A stretch of 32,000 nt of DNA, taken from NCBI GenBank assembly GCA_051954725.1, contig JBQCHK010000027.1, positions 112,269 through 144,268 on the forward strand, read 5' to 3'. The notes under the pieces are model-generated. The model searched no databases. It saw only the letters and a list, made by a program, of their open reading frames with translations, and had not been told where the DNA came from. How positions within the stretch are numbered: position 1 is the first letter of the stretch; the number at the start of each line of letters is the position of its first letter. Source of the DNA: Afipia sp. (lineage in GTDB: Bacteria > Pseudomonadota > Alphaproteobacteria > Rhizobiales > Xanthobacteraceae). Shown piece after piece: positions 17,065-26,828 of this stretch. A program made the translations under genes and the position numbers.

Positions 17065-18066
17065 ATGGCCGACAGCATCAATCGTCAGATCCTGCTGGTG
17101 GAAAAGCCCACCGGCAAACTGGCGCCCCAGAATTTCACGATGGTGGACGGCAAGATACCGGAGCCGAAAGATGGCGAGGTGCTGGTGCGTGTGCGCTATA
17201 TCTCGCTCGACGCTGCCAACCGCGCATGGATGCACGGCGCAACCTATCGCTCCGCGGTCGAAACCAACACCGTGATGGCGGGCGGCGCAATCGCCGAAGT
17301 CGTTTCTTCGAAAGCGCCGGGCTTTGCCAAGGGCGACCTCGTGTTCGGCGATACCGGCTGGCAGGACTATGCCGCCGTATCCGCCAAGCATCTCGTCAAA
17401 GTGCCCCACCTCGAGCCGATGACGCATCTGCTCAGTGTATTCGGCATTGCCGGCCTCACCGCCTATTTCGGCCTTCTCCATGTCGGCAAGCCGAAAGCCG
17501 GCGACACCGTCGTGGTCTCCGCGGCGGCCGGTTCAGTGGGATCGATCGTCGGACAGATCGCGAAAATCAAAGGTTGCCGCGTCGTGGGCATCGCCGGCGG
17601 CAAAGCCAAGTGCGACTGGCTGATATCAGAACTCGGGTTCGATGCCGCGGTCGACTACAAGAACGAACCAGTCTTCAAGGCGCTCAAGGCAGCAGCACCG
17701 AACGGCATCGATGTTTATTTCGACAATGTCGGCGGGGACATCCTCGAAGCCTGCCTGCCGCAGATGAATCTGCGCGGCCGTATCGCCTGCTGCGGCGCTG
17801 TCTCGCAATACGACGGCGCGCCGTCCGCCACCGGTCCGCGCGGCGTCCCTGGTCTGATCGTGGTCAAACGGCTGATCATGCAGGGCTTCATCGTGATGGA
17901 TTTCGACGATCAGCGCGAGCAGGCACTCGCGGATTTGCAGTCCTGGGTGAAATCCGGCCAGCTCAAGGTTCAGGAAGACGTCATTGACGGGCTAGAGAAC
18001 ACGCCGAAGGCGCTGATTGGCCTTCTCGCTGGCGAGAACCGTGGCAAGCGGATGGTCAGGGTCTAA
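17065..18066 (+). CDS. NADP-dependent oxidoreductase, zinc-independent MDR family (YncB/CurA/alkenal-reductase-like)
   Basis: 333 aa. GGGAGG Shine-Dalgarno at 17055-17060. The N-terminus is NRQILLVEKPTGKLAPQNFTMVDGKIPEPKDGEVLVRVRYISLD. The cofactor motif is VSAAAGSVGSIVGQIAKIKGCRVVGIAG. The C-terminus GENRGKRMVRV is typical of this subfamily. Confidence 0.9.
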   Translation: MADSINRQILLVEKPTGKLAPQNFTMVDGKIPEPKDGEVLVRVRYISLDAANRAWMHGATYRSAVETNTVMAGGAIAEVVSSKAPGFAKGDLVFGDTGWQDYAAVSAKHLVKVPHLEPMTHLLSVFGIAGLTAYFGLLHVGKPKAGDTVVVSAAAGSVGSIVGQIAKIKGCRVVGIAGGKAKCDWLISELGFDAAVDYKNEPVFKALKAAAPNGIDVYFDNVGGDILEACLPQMNLRGRIACCGAVSQYDGAPSATGPRGVPGLIVVKRLIMQGFIVMDFDDQREQALADLQSWVKSGQLKVQEDVIDGLENTPKALIGLLAGENRGKRMVRV

Positions 18067-18090
18067 GCCTGCCGGTGGTACACTGCGGTG

Positions 18091-18126
18091 AAATGCCCGG
18101 CCCGGCCGGGCATTTTGTATTTTGCT
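18091..18126 (+). terminator. Rho-independent terminator downstream of the MDR oxidoreductase
   Basis: A perfect 10-bp stem, AAATGCCCGG (18091-18100) / CCGGGCATTT (18106-18115), with a 5-nt loop. It is followed by a T-rich run (TTTTGTATTTTG). It lies 25 nt after the stop codon. Confidence 0.8.
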
Positions 18127-18163
18127 CCCACGAATTTTCGCATAAACCTACCTGGTATTTATT

Positions 18164-19798
18164 ATGCCAGACGCTATCGAGCGGCTGCCGAACGCAGGAT
18201 TTGCCCAAATGCTGAATACGCCTCGCGCCCTTCGCGGCATGGTGACCTCGCCCCATCATCTCGCCAGCGAGGCGGGCCTGCGCGTGCTGCGGGAAGGCGG
18301 CAATGCAGTAGAAGCCACACTGGCGATGGCGGCCAGCCTTCCCGTGGTCTATCCGCACATGAACTCGCTGGGCGGCGACGGTTTCTGGCTGATCTCGGCT
18401 GGCGGCAAGCCGCCAGTCGCGGTCGATGGCTGCGGCGCAGCGGCACGCGCTGCGAGCGTCGACTTTTACCGTTCGAAGGGTTTGTCGGCGATTCCGTCGC
18501 GCGGCCCCCTCGCCGCCAACACCGTCGCGGGCACCTTGTCCGGCTGGGCCGAAGTGCTGGCAATCAACAGCGAGCTTGGCGGCAAGCTGCCGCTGTCGCG
18601 TCTGGTCGAGGATGCTGCCTGGTCCGCGGAGAACGGTTTTGCCGTGACGGCGACCCAGCAGGAATTGACCGAGACCAAGCTGGTCGAGTTGAAAGACAGC
18701 CCCGGCTTCGTGAAAACGTTCCTGTTCGACAGCAAACTGCCGCACGAAGGCGACGTGATGAAGCTGCCGGCACTGGGCAAAACGCTTCGCCACCTTGGCA
18801 AGCAGGGACCGATGGATTTCTACCGGGGCGAACTGGCGAAGGAGATTGCCGCCGATCTCGCGCGCTGCGGTTCGCCAGTTACATTGGACGATCTTGCAGC
18901 TCAGAAAGCACAGCGCCGCGAGGCCCTGACCGTGCGTGCCGCAGGTGCGTCGCTCTATAACTTCCCCGCGCCGACGCAGGGCCTTGCCTCGCTGATGATC
19001 CTCGCGCTGTTCGAACGGCTCGGGGTCAAAAAATGCGAGACCTTCGACTATCTCCATAGCATCGTCGAAGCGACCAAGCAGGCCTTCCTGGTGCGCGACC
19101 GGATCATCACTGACCCGGCGCACATGATCGAAAAGGCGGAGGACTATCTGCAATCCGCAAAGCTCGACGAACTTGCGGCGACGATCGATCGCAAACGCGC
19201 ACTGCCATGGCCCTACCCGGTCAATCCCGGCGACACGGTCTGGCTCGGCGCCATCGACAAGGACGGCACCGCTGTCAGTTTCATCCAGAGCATCTATTTC
19301 GAGTTCGGCTCAGGTTGCGTCCTCGAGAACTCCGGCATTGTCTGGCAGAACCGTGGCTCGAGCTTCGTGCTCGATGGCGACGGACCGCGCTCGCTCCGTC
19401 CGGGCAAGAAGCCGTTCCACACGCTGAACCCGGCGATGGCACTGTTCGACGACGGGCGCCGCATGGTCTACGGCAACATGGGCGGCGAAGGCCAGCCGCA
19501 GAGCCAATCCGCGGTGTTCTCGCGCTATGCGATGTATGGACAAGGCTTGCAGGCCGCCGTCACTGCGCCGCGCTGGCTGCTCGGCAAGACCTGGGGCGAC
19601 GCCACTGTGACGCTGAAACTTGAAAGCCGTTTCGACCCCAAGGTGGTGCAGGCGATGCGCGATGCCGGCCATGACGTCGAGATGCTGCCTGACTTCACCT
19701 CGACCATGGGCCACGCTGGCGCCGTCGTGCGTCATCCCAATGGCATGTTCGAGGGCGCAACCGATCCGCGCAGCGACGGCGCCGCGATGGGCTTCTAG
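18164..19798 (+). CDS. Gamma-glutamyltransferase-family (Ntn hydrolase) protein with no signal peptide
   Basis: 544 aa. Motifs: MVTSPHHLASEAGLRVLREGGNAVEA...PHMNSLGGDGFWL. The putative autoprocessing nucleophile is in PGDTVWLGAIDKDG. The C-terminal motif is GATDPRSDGAAMGF. The N-terminus MPDAIERLPNAGFAQMLNTPRAL has no hydrophobic h-region. An internal Met (MLNTPR...) is an alternative start. Confidence 0.9.
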   Translation: MPDAIERLPNAGFAQMLNTPRALRGMVTSPHHLASEAGLRVLREGGNAVEATLAMAASLPVVYPHMNSLGGDGFWLISAGGKPPVAVDGCGAAARAASVDFYRSKGLSAIPSRGPLAANTVAGTLSGWAEVLAINSELGGKLPLSRLVEDAAWSAENGFAVTATQQELTETKLVELKDSPGFVKTFLFDSKLPHEGDVMKLPALGKTLRHLGKQGPMDFYRGELAKEIAADLARCGSPVTLDDLAAQKAQRREALTVRAAGASLYNFPAPTQGLASLMILALFERLGVKKCETFDYLHSIVEATKQAFLVRDRIITDPAHMIEKAEDYLQSAKLDELAATIDRKRALPWPYPVNPGDTVWLGAIDKDGTAVSFIQSIYFEFGSGCVLENSGIVWQNRGSSFVLDGDGPRSLRPGKKPFHTLNPAMALFDDGRRMVYGNMGGEGQPQSQSAVFSRYAMYGQGLQAAVTAPRWLLGKTWGDATVTLKLESRFDPKVVQAMRDAGHDVEMLPDFTSTMGHAGAVVRHPNGMFEGATDPRSDGAAMGF

Positions 19799-20454
19799 CC
19801 CTTCGACGGCAAAACTTTTATCGCTTCGGCACATCGTGCGGTGATCGCGGACCAGTTGCCCGCTCTGATCTCCGCCGCCGGGCAAAGCCATGAGCCACCG
19901 ACGGCCAGCACATTCGGCTCCGCCAGCCACGCCGCGGCGTTCGCTGCGCCGATGCCGCCGGTCGGGCAAAAGCGGATTTGCGGAAACGGTCCCGCCAACG
20001 CACGCAACATCGCGATGCCACCTGCCTGTTCGGCCGGAAAGAACTTCAGCACATTGAAACCATGTGCTTGCGCCTGCATGACTTCGGACGCAGTCGCGAC
20101 GCCGGGCAGAAATGGCAGATCACTTTTGGCTAGGGCCTCAAGCAACTCAGGCGTTGAGCCGGGGCTTACCCCAAACTTCGCGCCAAGCGAAACGGCCTGC
20201 GCAAGATCGGCCCGCGTCAGTATGGTGCCAATCCCGACGATCGCATCTGGCACTCCAGCGATAATGGCTTTTGCAGCGTCGACCGCAGCGTCAGTGCGCA
20301 GCGTGATCTCCAGCGTCGCCACACCGCCTGCGACCAACGCCCGAGCCAGCGGCGTGGCGTCCTCCACCCGCTCGATGGTCAGCACCGGAATGACCCGTGC
20401 CTCCATTAGCAATTCAACCACATGCCGGTTACGTGGCGCTTGCTTTCCGGTCAT
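19795..20454 (-). CDS. eda: KHG/KDPG aldolase (2-dehydro-3-deoxy-phosphogluconate / 4-hydroxy-2-oxoglutarate aldolase)
   Basis: 219 aa. Motifs: VIPVLTIERVEDATPLARALVAGGVATLEITLRT and LKFFPAEQAGG (Schiff-base Lys context), then RFCPTGGI. The ATG overlaps the kdgK stop (ATGA, 20451-20454). Confidence 0.92.
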   Translation of the reverse strand: MTGKQAPRNRHVVELLMEARVIPVLTIERVEDATPLARALVAGGVATLEITLRTDAAVDAAKAIIAGVPDAIVGIGTILTRADLAQAVSLGAKFGVSPGSTPELLEALAKSDLPFLPGVATASEVMQAQAHGFNVLKFFPAEQAGGIAMLRALAGPFPQIRFCPTGGIGAANAAAWLAEPNVLAVGGSWLCPAAEIRAGNWSAITARCAEAIKVLPSKG

Positions 20455-21371
20455 GACAATCGCTCCATGATCCCCGAGGGCATCGCATCGCGTGGAACGA
20501 TCGCGCCACGATATCCCACGACAATTCCGGCCAGCCGATGCCCTGCCCGCGCGGCCTCCACAGGCGAATGTCCCATCAGCCTCGCGGCGAGATAGGCTGC
20601 GGCGAAGCTATCGCCCGCTGCGGTCGTATCCACAACCTGCGAAACTGGGCGGGCCTCGACGCGATGCTCCGCGCCGCTCGCACGCACGATGCAGACCGGC
20701 CCGTCAAGCTTGAGCACGGCTTCGTCTGCCTTCAATCGTTTCAGAAAATCCGCTTCGGTTTGCCTGCCATAAAGCGGCGTCAGATCCTCCGTTGAGGCAA
20801 GGACGATATCCGCTAAGCTCAGCATCTCGTCATAGGCACGACGCGCCGCGTCGATCTCCGGCCAGCCACGAGTGCGGAAATTGGTATCGAACGCGATCCG
20901 TGTCTTCCCTGCCTGCGCACGGCCGAGAGCCTCAACGAGCCGCGCGCGACCGGCATCGTCATAAAGCGACAGTGTGATGCCCGACAGATAGATCAGATCA
21001 TAGCCCGCCAACGCCGCGAGCAATTCGCCGGTCTGCGGCAAATCGAGCAACATCCGCGCCGCTGCATTGTCGCGCCAGTAGTAGAACGACCGTTCGCCAC
21101 TCGCTCCGGTCCGGATCGCGTAAAGACCCGGCAGTTTCCCCGCGACGCGGATAACCCGGGACGCGCCAATTCCCTCAGACCGCCAGCCATCCACCATCTC
21201 GTCGCTGAACGGATCATCGCCGAGCGCGGTCACATAATCGACCTGCGCGCCCAGCCGCGCCAGATAGACCGCCGTGTTGAGAGTATCGCCGCCATAAGCC
21301 CGAGAGACCTCGCCCCCGCGCCCCTGCGTTAACTCGATCATGCATTCGCCGATACAGGCAATCGTGGTCAT
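20451..21371 (-). CDS. kdgK: 2-dehydro-3-deoxygluconokinase (PfkB family)
   Basis: 306 aa. The N-terminus IACIGECMIEL is KdgK-like. The PfkB signature is VVDTTAAGDSFAAAYL. It is translationally coupled to eda. Confidence 0.88.
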   Translation of the reverse strand: MTTIACIGECMIELTQGRGGEVSRAYGGDTLNTAVYLARLGAQVDYVTALGDDPFSDEMVDGWRSEGIGASRVIRVAGKLPGLYAIRTGASGERSFYYWRDNAAARMLLDLPQTGELLAALAGYDLIYLSGITLSLYDDAGRARLVEALGRAQAGKTRIAFDTNFRTRGWPEIDAARRAYDEMLSLADIVLASTEDLTPLYGRQTEADFLKRLKADEAVLKLDGPVCIVRASGAEHRVEARPVSQVVDTTAAGDSFAAAYLAARLMGHSPVEAARAGHRLAGIVVGYRGAIVPRDAMPSGIMERLS

Positions 21372-21388
21372 TCCTGCACCGGCGATGA

Positions 21389-22375
21389 TCAGTTCACGAA
21401 GTTGCCGCCCAGTTCGTCGTCGATATGAATGCGGATGATATCGTCGAAAGTTTTTTCCGCGGTGGTGAATCCGAGCTTGAGCGCACGCTCGGTCACAAAG
21501 TCACGCGGCCATCCGGAGACAATGCCAATAATGGTGGGATCAGGCTCACGCTTGATTCGCGCGGCAACCTTGGGCCCCGCCACCCGCGTCAACGCCGCAA
21601 TCTGCTCGCCGACCGTGGCGGAAAGCCCCGGCATGCTCAATGCGCGCCGAGGGCCAACGGCCTCGGTGTCCATCGAGCCGGCGTGAACCAGAAAGCCGAC
21701 AGCGGAACGCGGCGACGCATGCCAGTGGCGCACATCCTCGGACACCGGAAGCACCGCCTCCCTGCCGGCCAGCGGCTCGCGGATGATGTTGGAGAAGAAC
21801 CCGGAGGCGGCCTTGTTCGGCAGGCCCGGGCGCACACAGATGGTCGGCAACCGAATGCTGATGCCGTCCAGCAGACCCTTGCGGGTATAGTCCGAGATCA
21901 TCAATTCGCCGACTGCCTTCTGGGTGCCGTAGCTGGTCAGCGGGGCGCTGAGGAATTCGTCGCCGATCTTGTCGGGGAACGGCGCCCCGAACACCGCGAT
22001 CGACGATGTAAAAACCAGCCGTGGTTTGTAACCGCCGCCGACTGCGCGGATGGCGTCGATCAGATAGCGGGTGCCGTCGAGATTGATGCGATAGCCTTTG
22101 TCGAAATCCGCCTCGGCTTCGCCGGAAACAATCGCCGCCAGATGAAAGATCACCTCAGGTTTCGAGGCGATTAGTTTCGCCATCGCGCCCGGCTCGGCGA
22201 AATCAGACGCCACAACCTCGATCGGAACAGTAGCATTCTCTGGCTTCTTCGGCGCGACGACGTCCTGCAGAGTCATCCGGGAAATTTCGCGTTTGCCGAG
22301 CCGGCCATCTTTCAAGAGCCGATCGACCAGCTTGCGCCCGACCATGCCGGCCGCACCGAGAACCAGAATATGCAA
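21389..22375 (-). CDS. NAD-dependent epimerase/dehydratase-fold dehydrogenase, DenD (D-erythronate dehydrogenase)-like
   Basis: 328 aa with a TTG start (AAAGGA 8 nt upstream). Rossmann motif: ILVLGAAGMVG. The blocks FHLAAIVSGEAEADFDKGYRINLDGT, SYGTQKAVGEL (YxxxK) and IRLPTICVRPGLPNKAASGFFSNIIREPL match my recollection of the DenD family. The substrate is not inferable. Confidence 0.75.
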   Translation of the reverse strand: MHILVLGAAGMVGRKLVDRLLKDGRLGKREISRMTLQDVVAPKKPENATVPIEVVASDFAEPGAMAKLIASKPEVIFHLAAIVSGEAEADFDKGYRINLDGTRYLIDAIRAVGGGYKPRLVFTSSIAVFGAPFPDKIGDEFLSAPLTSYGTQKAVGELMISDYTRKGLLDGISIRLPTICVRPGLPNKAASGFFSNIIREPLAGREAVLPVSEDVRHWHASPRSAVGFLVHAGSMDTEAVGPRRALSMPGLSATVGEQIAALTRVAGPKVAARIKREPDPTIIGIVSGWPRDFVTERALKLGFTTAEKTFDDIIRIHIDDELGGNFVN

Positions 22376-22408
22376 AGCAGTTGTCCTTTCGTCGCCTGAT
22401 TGACGCTT

Positions 22409-23314
22409 CTATTCCTTCACCGCGCCGGTCATTGCCGACACATAGTGCTCAACGAAGAAAGCATACAGGATCACCAGCGGCAGGGAGCCGACCAGCGCGC
22501 CGGCCATCAGCGAGCCCCATTTGTAGATATCACCGTCCACGAATTCGTTGACGATCGCCACCGGCACCGTCTTGTTCTGCGTCGATTGCAGGAACGTCAG
22601 CGCATAGATGAATTCGTTCCAGCACAGCGTGAACGAGAAGATAAAGGCGGAGATCAGACCCGGCACCGCCAGCGGCAGGATGATCTTGACCAGAATCTGC
22701 CAGCGCGATGCGCCGTCGATCAGCGCACATTCTTCAAGCTCATAGGGAATGGTCTTGAAATATCCCATCAGAAGCCAGGTCGAGAACGGGATCAGCAGCG
22801 TCGGATAGACGAGGATCAGCGCCAGCGGAGAATCGAACAGCCCATAAGCCTGAATCACCGACGCCAGCGGAATGAACAGGATCGACGGCGGAACGAGGTA
22901 GGCCAGAAAGATCAGGCCGCCGACGGTTTGCGCGCCCTTGAAGCGCAGCCGCACCAGCGCGTAGGCCGCAAGTACGCTGGCAACGATCGATAGAAACGTC
23001 GCCGCGGTCGCCACATACATCGTATTCCAAAGCCAGCGCGGATACTGGGTCTCGAACAGCAATTTCTCGATGTGCTTCAACGTCGGATGAACAACCCAGA
23101 ACGGATTGTAGGTGTTCATATCGATGAGCTGTTCGTCCGGTTTGATCGCCGTCAGCGCCATCCAGTAGAATGGAAACAGCAGGATAACGACCAGAATAAA
23201 CAGCGGAATATAGAGCGTGACCAAGCGGTTCAGCGGCGTTTCGAGGTAGCTCATGCCTTCGGTGTTGTCGCTGGCCGAAAGGGCCGCCGGCGGCTGTGCG
23301 GTATGGTCAGTCAT
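22409..23314 (-). CDS. Carbohydrate ABC transporter permease (MalG/UgpE-like)
   Basis: 301 aa with six predicted TM segments. The EAA loop is ECALIDGASRWQILVKIILPLAVPG. The start overlaps the upstream permease stop by 8 nt. Confidence 0.92.
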   Translation of the reverse strand: MTDHTAQPPAALSASDNTEGMSYLETPLNRLVTLYIPLFILVVILLFPFYWMALTAIKPDEQLIDMNTYNPFWVVHPTLKHIEKLLFETQYPRWLWNTMYVATAATFLSIVASVLAAYALVRLRFKGAQTVGGLIFLAYLVPPSILFIPLASVIQAYGLFDSPLALILVYPTLLIPFSTWLLMGYFKTIPYELEECALIDGASRWQILVKIILPLAVPGLISAFIFSFTLCWNEFIYALTFLQSTQNKTVPVAIVNEFVDGDIYKWGSLMAGALVGSLPLVILYAFFVEHYVSAMTGAVKE

Positions 23315-24266
23315 TGTCGTTTCCTTGCTGCCATTTGCGCCGCTGCATGCCGAACCATGAAATCGTGATCGCCGCCAGCAGGAACGGGATCATCGCCGTG
23401 GCGATCGCCGCCCCCTCCCCGAGCCGTCCGCTGAGGATGCCGCGCTGGTAGCTGAGCGTTGCCATCAGATGCGTGGCGTTGACCGGGCCGCCACGGGTCA
23501 GAGCCCAGATCAGCTGGAAGTCGGTGAAGGTGAACAGGACCGAGAACGTCATCACCACCGCGATGATCGGCGTCAGCAGCGGATAGGTGATAAAGCGGAA
23601 GCGCTGCCAGTTGGTCGCGCCGTCGAGGGTCGCCGCCTCGTAAAGCGACGGCGAAACAGTCTGCAGGCCGGCAAGCAGCGTAATCGCGACGAACGGCACG
23701 CCTCGCCAGATATTGGCGATGATCACGCTGACGCGCGCCCACGTAGTATCGCCCAGAAAGTTGATGTTGTGGTCGATCAACCCCAGCTTGATGAGAGACC
23801 ATGAGATGATCGAAAACTGCGAGTCATAGATCCACCAGAACGCGATGGCCGACAGCACCGTCGGCACGATGAACGGGATCAGCACCGCAGCACGGATAAA
23901 TGCCTTGAACGGCATGTTGCGATTGAGCAGGAGCGCCAGGTAAAGCCCAAGCGCGAATTTCACCGCACTGGCAACCGTCGTGTAGAGCAGCGTGTTGACG
24001 ACCGACAACCAGAAGACACTGTCGTCCCAGAGCCATTGATAATTTTCAAGGCCGACGAAAACACCGCCCCGGCCGATCCGCATGTCGGTGAAACTCATCC
24101 AGACGCCGAGACCCAGCGGATAAGCGAGAAACAGAAGCAGGAACGCCCCCGCAGGCAGCATGAACCAGAGCGCGATGAAATTGCGGTTCGTGGCCAGCCG
24201 CTGCCGGAAGGACAGCGAACTGACGTAGGTTTTCGATGCGGGCATCGAGGCCGGGATCGTGCTCAT
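23307..24266 (-). CDS. Carbohydrate ABC transporter permease (MalF/UgpA-like)
   Basis: 319 aa with multiple TM segments. The EAA loop is YEAATLDGATNWQRFRFITYPLL. Confidence 0.92.
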   Translation of the reverse strand: MSTIPASMPASKTYVSSLSFRQRLATNRNFIALWFMLPAGAFLLLFLAYPLGLGVWMSFTDMRIGRGGVFVGLENYQWLWDDSVFWLSVVNTLLYTTVASAVKFALGLYLALLLNRNMPFKAFIRAAVLIPFIVPTVLSAIAFWWIYDSQFSIISWSLIKLGLIDHNINFLGDTTWARVSVIIANIWRGVPFVAITLLAGLQTVSPSLYEAATLDGATNWQRFRFITYPLLTPIIAVVMTFSVLFTFTDFQLIWALTRGGPVNATHLMATLSYQRGILSGRLGEGAAIATAMIPFLLAAITISWFGMQRRKWQQGNDND

Positions 24267-24291
24267 GGGCCGAACCTTCTGCGAAAGAGAA

Positions 24292-24321
24292 CGCCGGCGC
24301 GGTGAGAGGGCCGCGCCGGCG
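24292..24321 (-). other. Intercistronic GC-rich stem-loop between the binding-protein and permease genes
   Basis: A perfect 11-bp stem, CGCCGGCGCGG (24292-24302) / CCGCGCCGGCG (24311-24321), with an 8-nt loop. On the transcribed (minus) strand it is followed by TTCTCTTTCG. It lies 11 nt after the binding-protein stop and 25 nt before the permease ATG. Confidence 0.6.
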
Positions 24322-24332
24322 ACAATGCGTGC

Positions 24333-25658
24333 TTACGAACGATAGAGGCGCTTGGCCTGCCGTTCGGCGTTGGCGATCGCGCCCTTGATATCCTCGCGTC
24401 CCGTGCAGTAGTTCGCAAACAGGTCGACGACGATGAAGTCGGCGATGGCCGCTGCGGCGTTCTCGCCCAGCGTGCCGCGACCTGCAGGCGTCAGCGTCCG
24501 CTTGGCGACATCGCGATACGGCGTGCGCTTCGGGTCCGACGTCCAGATCGGATTGGCGTCATAAGCGTTGAGGAAGTGCGACAGATAGCCCTGCGCCGCC
24601 GACACCCACGGGTTGAACTGATCGGCCTCGAGCATGAACGCGGTAAGCGCCTTACACGCCTGCGGATACTTCGTGAAGTTGAAGGTCAGCATCGTGAACG
24701 GCAGATGCAGCTCGGTCGGCTTGCCGGCCGGACCGATCGGCATATAGGCATGGTTCATGTCTTCGGCGATCGCCTTGTTCTCCTTCTGCGCCGCCACGTA
24801 CACCGAGATGCCGTTGACGGTCAGATGGAGCTGGCCGGCCAGGAACGCCTTGTTGTTCGAACTGTCGTTCCACGACGCCGTGCCGGGAATGAAGGTGCCA
24901 TAAAGCTCCTTGATGTATTCCAGCGCCTTCGCCGTTTCTGGCGAGTTGATGATCACCTTGTTGTTCTCATCGACAAGGTAGGCGTTGTGGGTCCACAGCG
25001 CCCAGTGCAGCCAGGTGTTGGCGTCGCCCGACGCGTGACCGACCGCCATACCCGCCGGCGTGTTGTTCTTCTGCAGAGCCTTGCAGAGTTCAAGGAAGCT
25101 CTTGGTGTCCTTCGGAAACTCCTTGAAGCCGGCCTTTTCCATCGAGCTGATGCGATAGTTGATCAGCGCACCGGTGCAGGCGACCGGAATGCCGATCCAC
25201 TTGTTGCCCTTCTTGCCATAAGCGCCAGCCGACGGCGCCCATCCGCCGTACTTGCCACCGAGATAATCGGCAATATCGGTCACGTCGGTGCACTTCTCGG
25301 GGAAAAGATGCGGCAGCGAATAGAGGCCCCACACCATGTCGAGGCCCTGCCCGGTGTTGGCCGCAACCGACGCCTTGGGCTGAATGTCGTCATAGGATTC
25401 GTTGGAGACGTTCACCTCAACGCCCGTGGCCTTGGTGAAGGCCTGGATCATCGCCATGAAGGCCTGGTCCTCGGCTTCGACGAAACGCTTCCAGCGCAGC
25501 AGATTGATCTTGGCGCCGGCTTCCGGCTTCCACTTCGCGGTCTGGGCCCAGGCCTTGGCGAAGCCCAGCAACTGGTCGGTCGTCAGCGTCGCGGCACCAG
25601 CCAGCACGGCGGCGCCACCTTTCAGCAACGAGCGACGGTCCGGAGTAAAGCTCTTCAT
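24333..25658 (-). CDS. ABC transporter periplasmic sugar-binding protein (solute-binding family 1) with a Tat-type signal
   Basis: 441 aa. The N-terminus MKSFTPDRRSLLKGGAAVLAGAATL carries a twin-arginine motif. Size and composition are typical of the CUT1 family. GGGAGA Shine-Dalgarno upstream. Confidence 0.9.
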   Translation of the reverse strand: MKSFTPDRRSLLKGGAAVLAGAATLTTDQLLGFAKAWAQTAKWKPEAGAKINLLRWKRFVEAEDQAFMAMIQAFTKATGVEVNVSNESYDDIQPKASVAANTGQGLDMVWGLYSLPHLFPEKCTDVTDIADYLGGKYGGWAPSAGAYGKKGNKWIGIPVACTGALINYRISSMEKAGFKEFPKDTKSFLELCKALQKNNTPAGMAVGHASGDANTWLHWALWTHNAYLVDENNKVIINSPETAKALEYIKELYGTFIPGTASWNDSSNNKAFLAGQLHLTVNGISVYVAAQKENKAIAEDMNHAYMPIGPAGKPTELHLPFTMLTFNFTKYPQACKALTAFMLEADQFNPWVSAAQGYLSHFLNAYDANPIWTSDPKRTPYRDVAKRTLTPAGRGTLGENAAAAIADFIVVDLFANYCTGREDIKGAIANAERQAKRLYRS

Positions 25659-25760
25659 GGTATGTCTTCTCCCTGTTTCGCCGGTTCTTTATGATTGACC
25701 GGCTAATTCACTGTAGTTGCGCGTAATTGTAGTGGAACGAGGCCCGCGCCCGGATCAATC

Positions 25761-26828
<1,068 letters not shown>

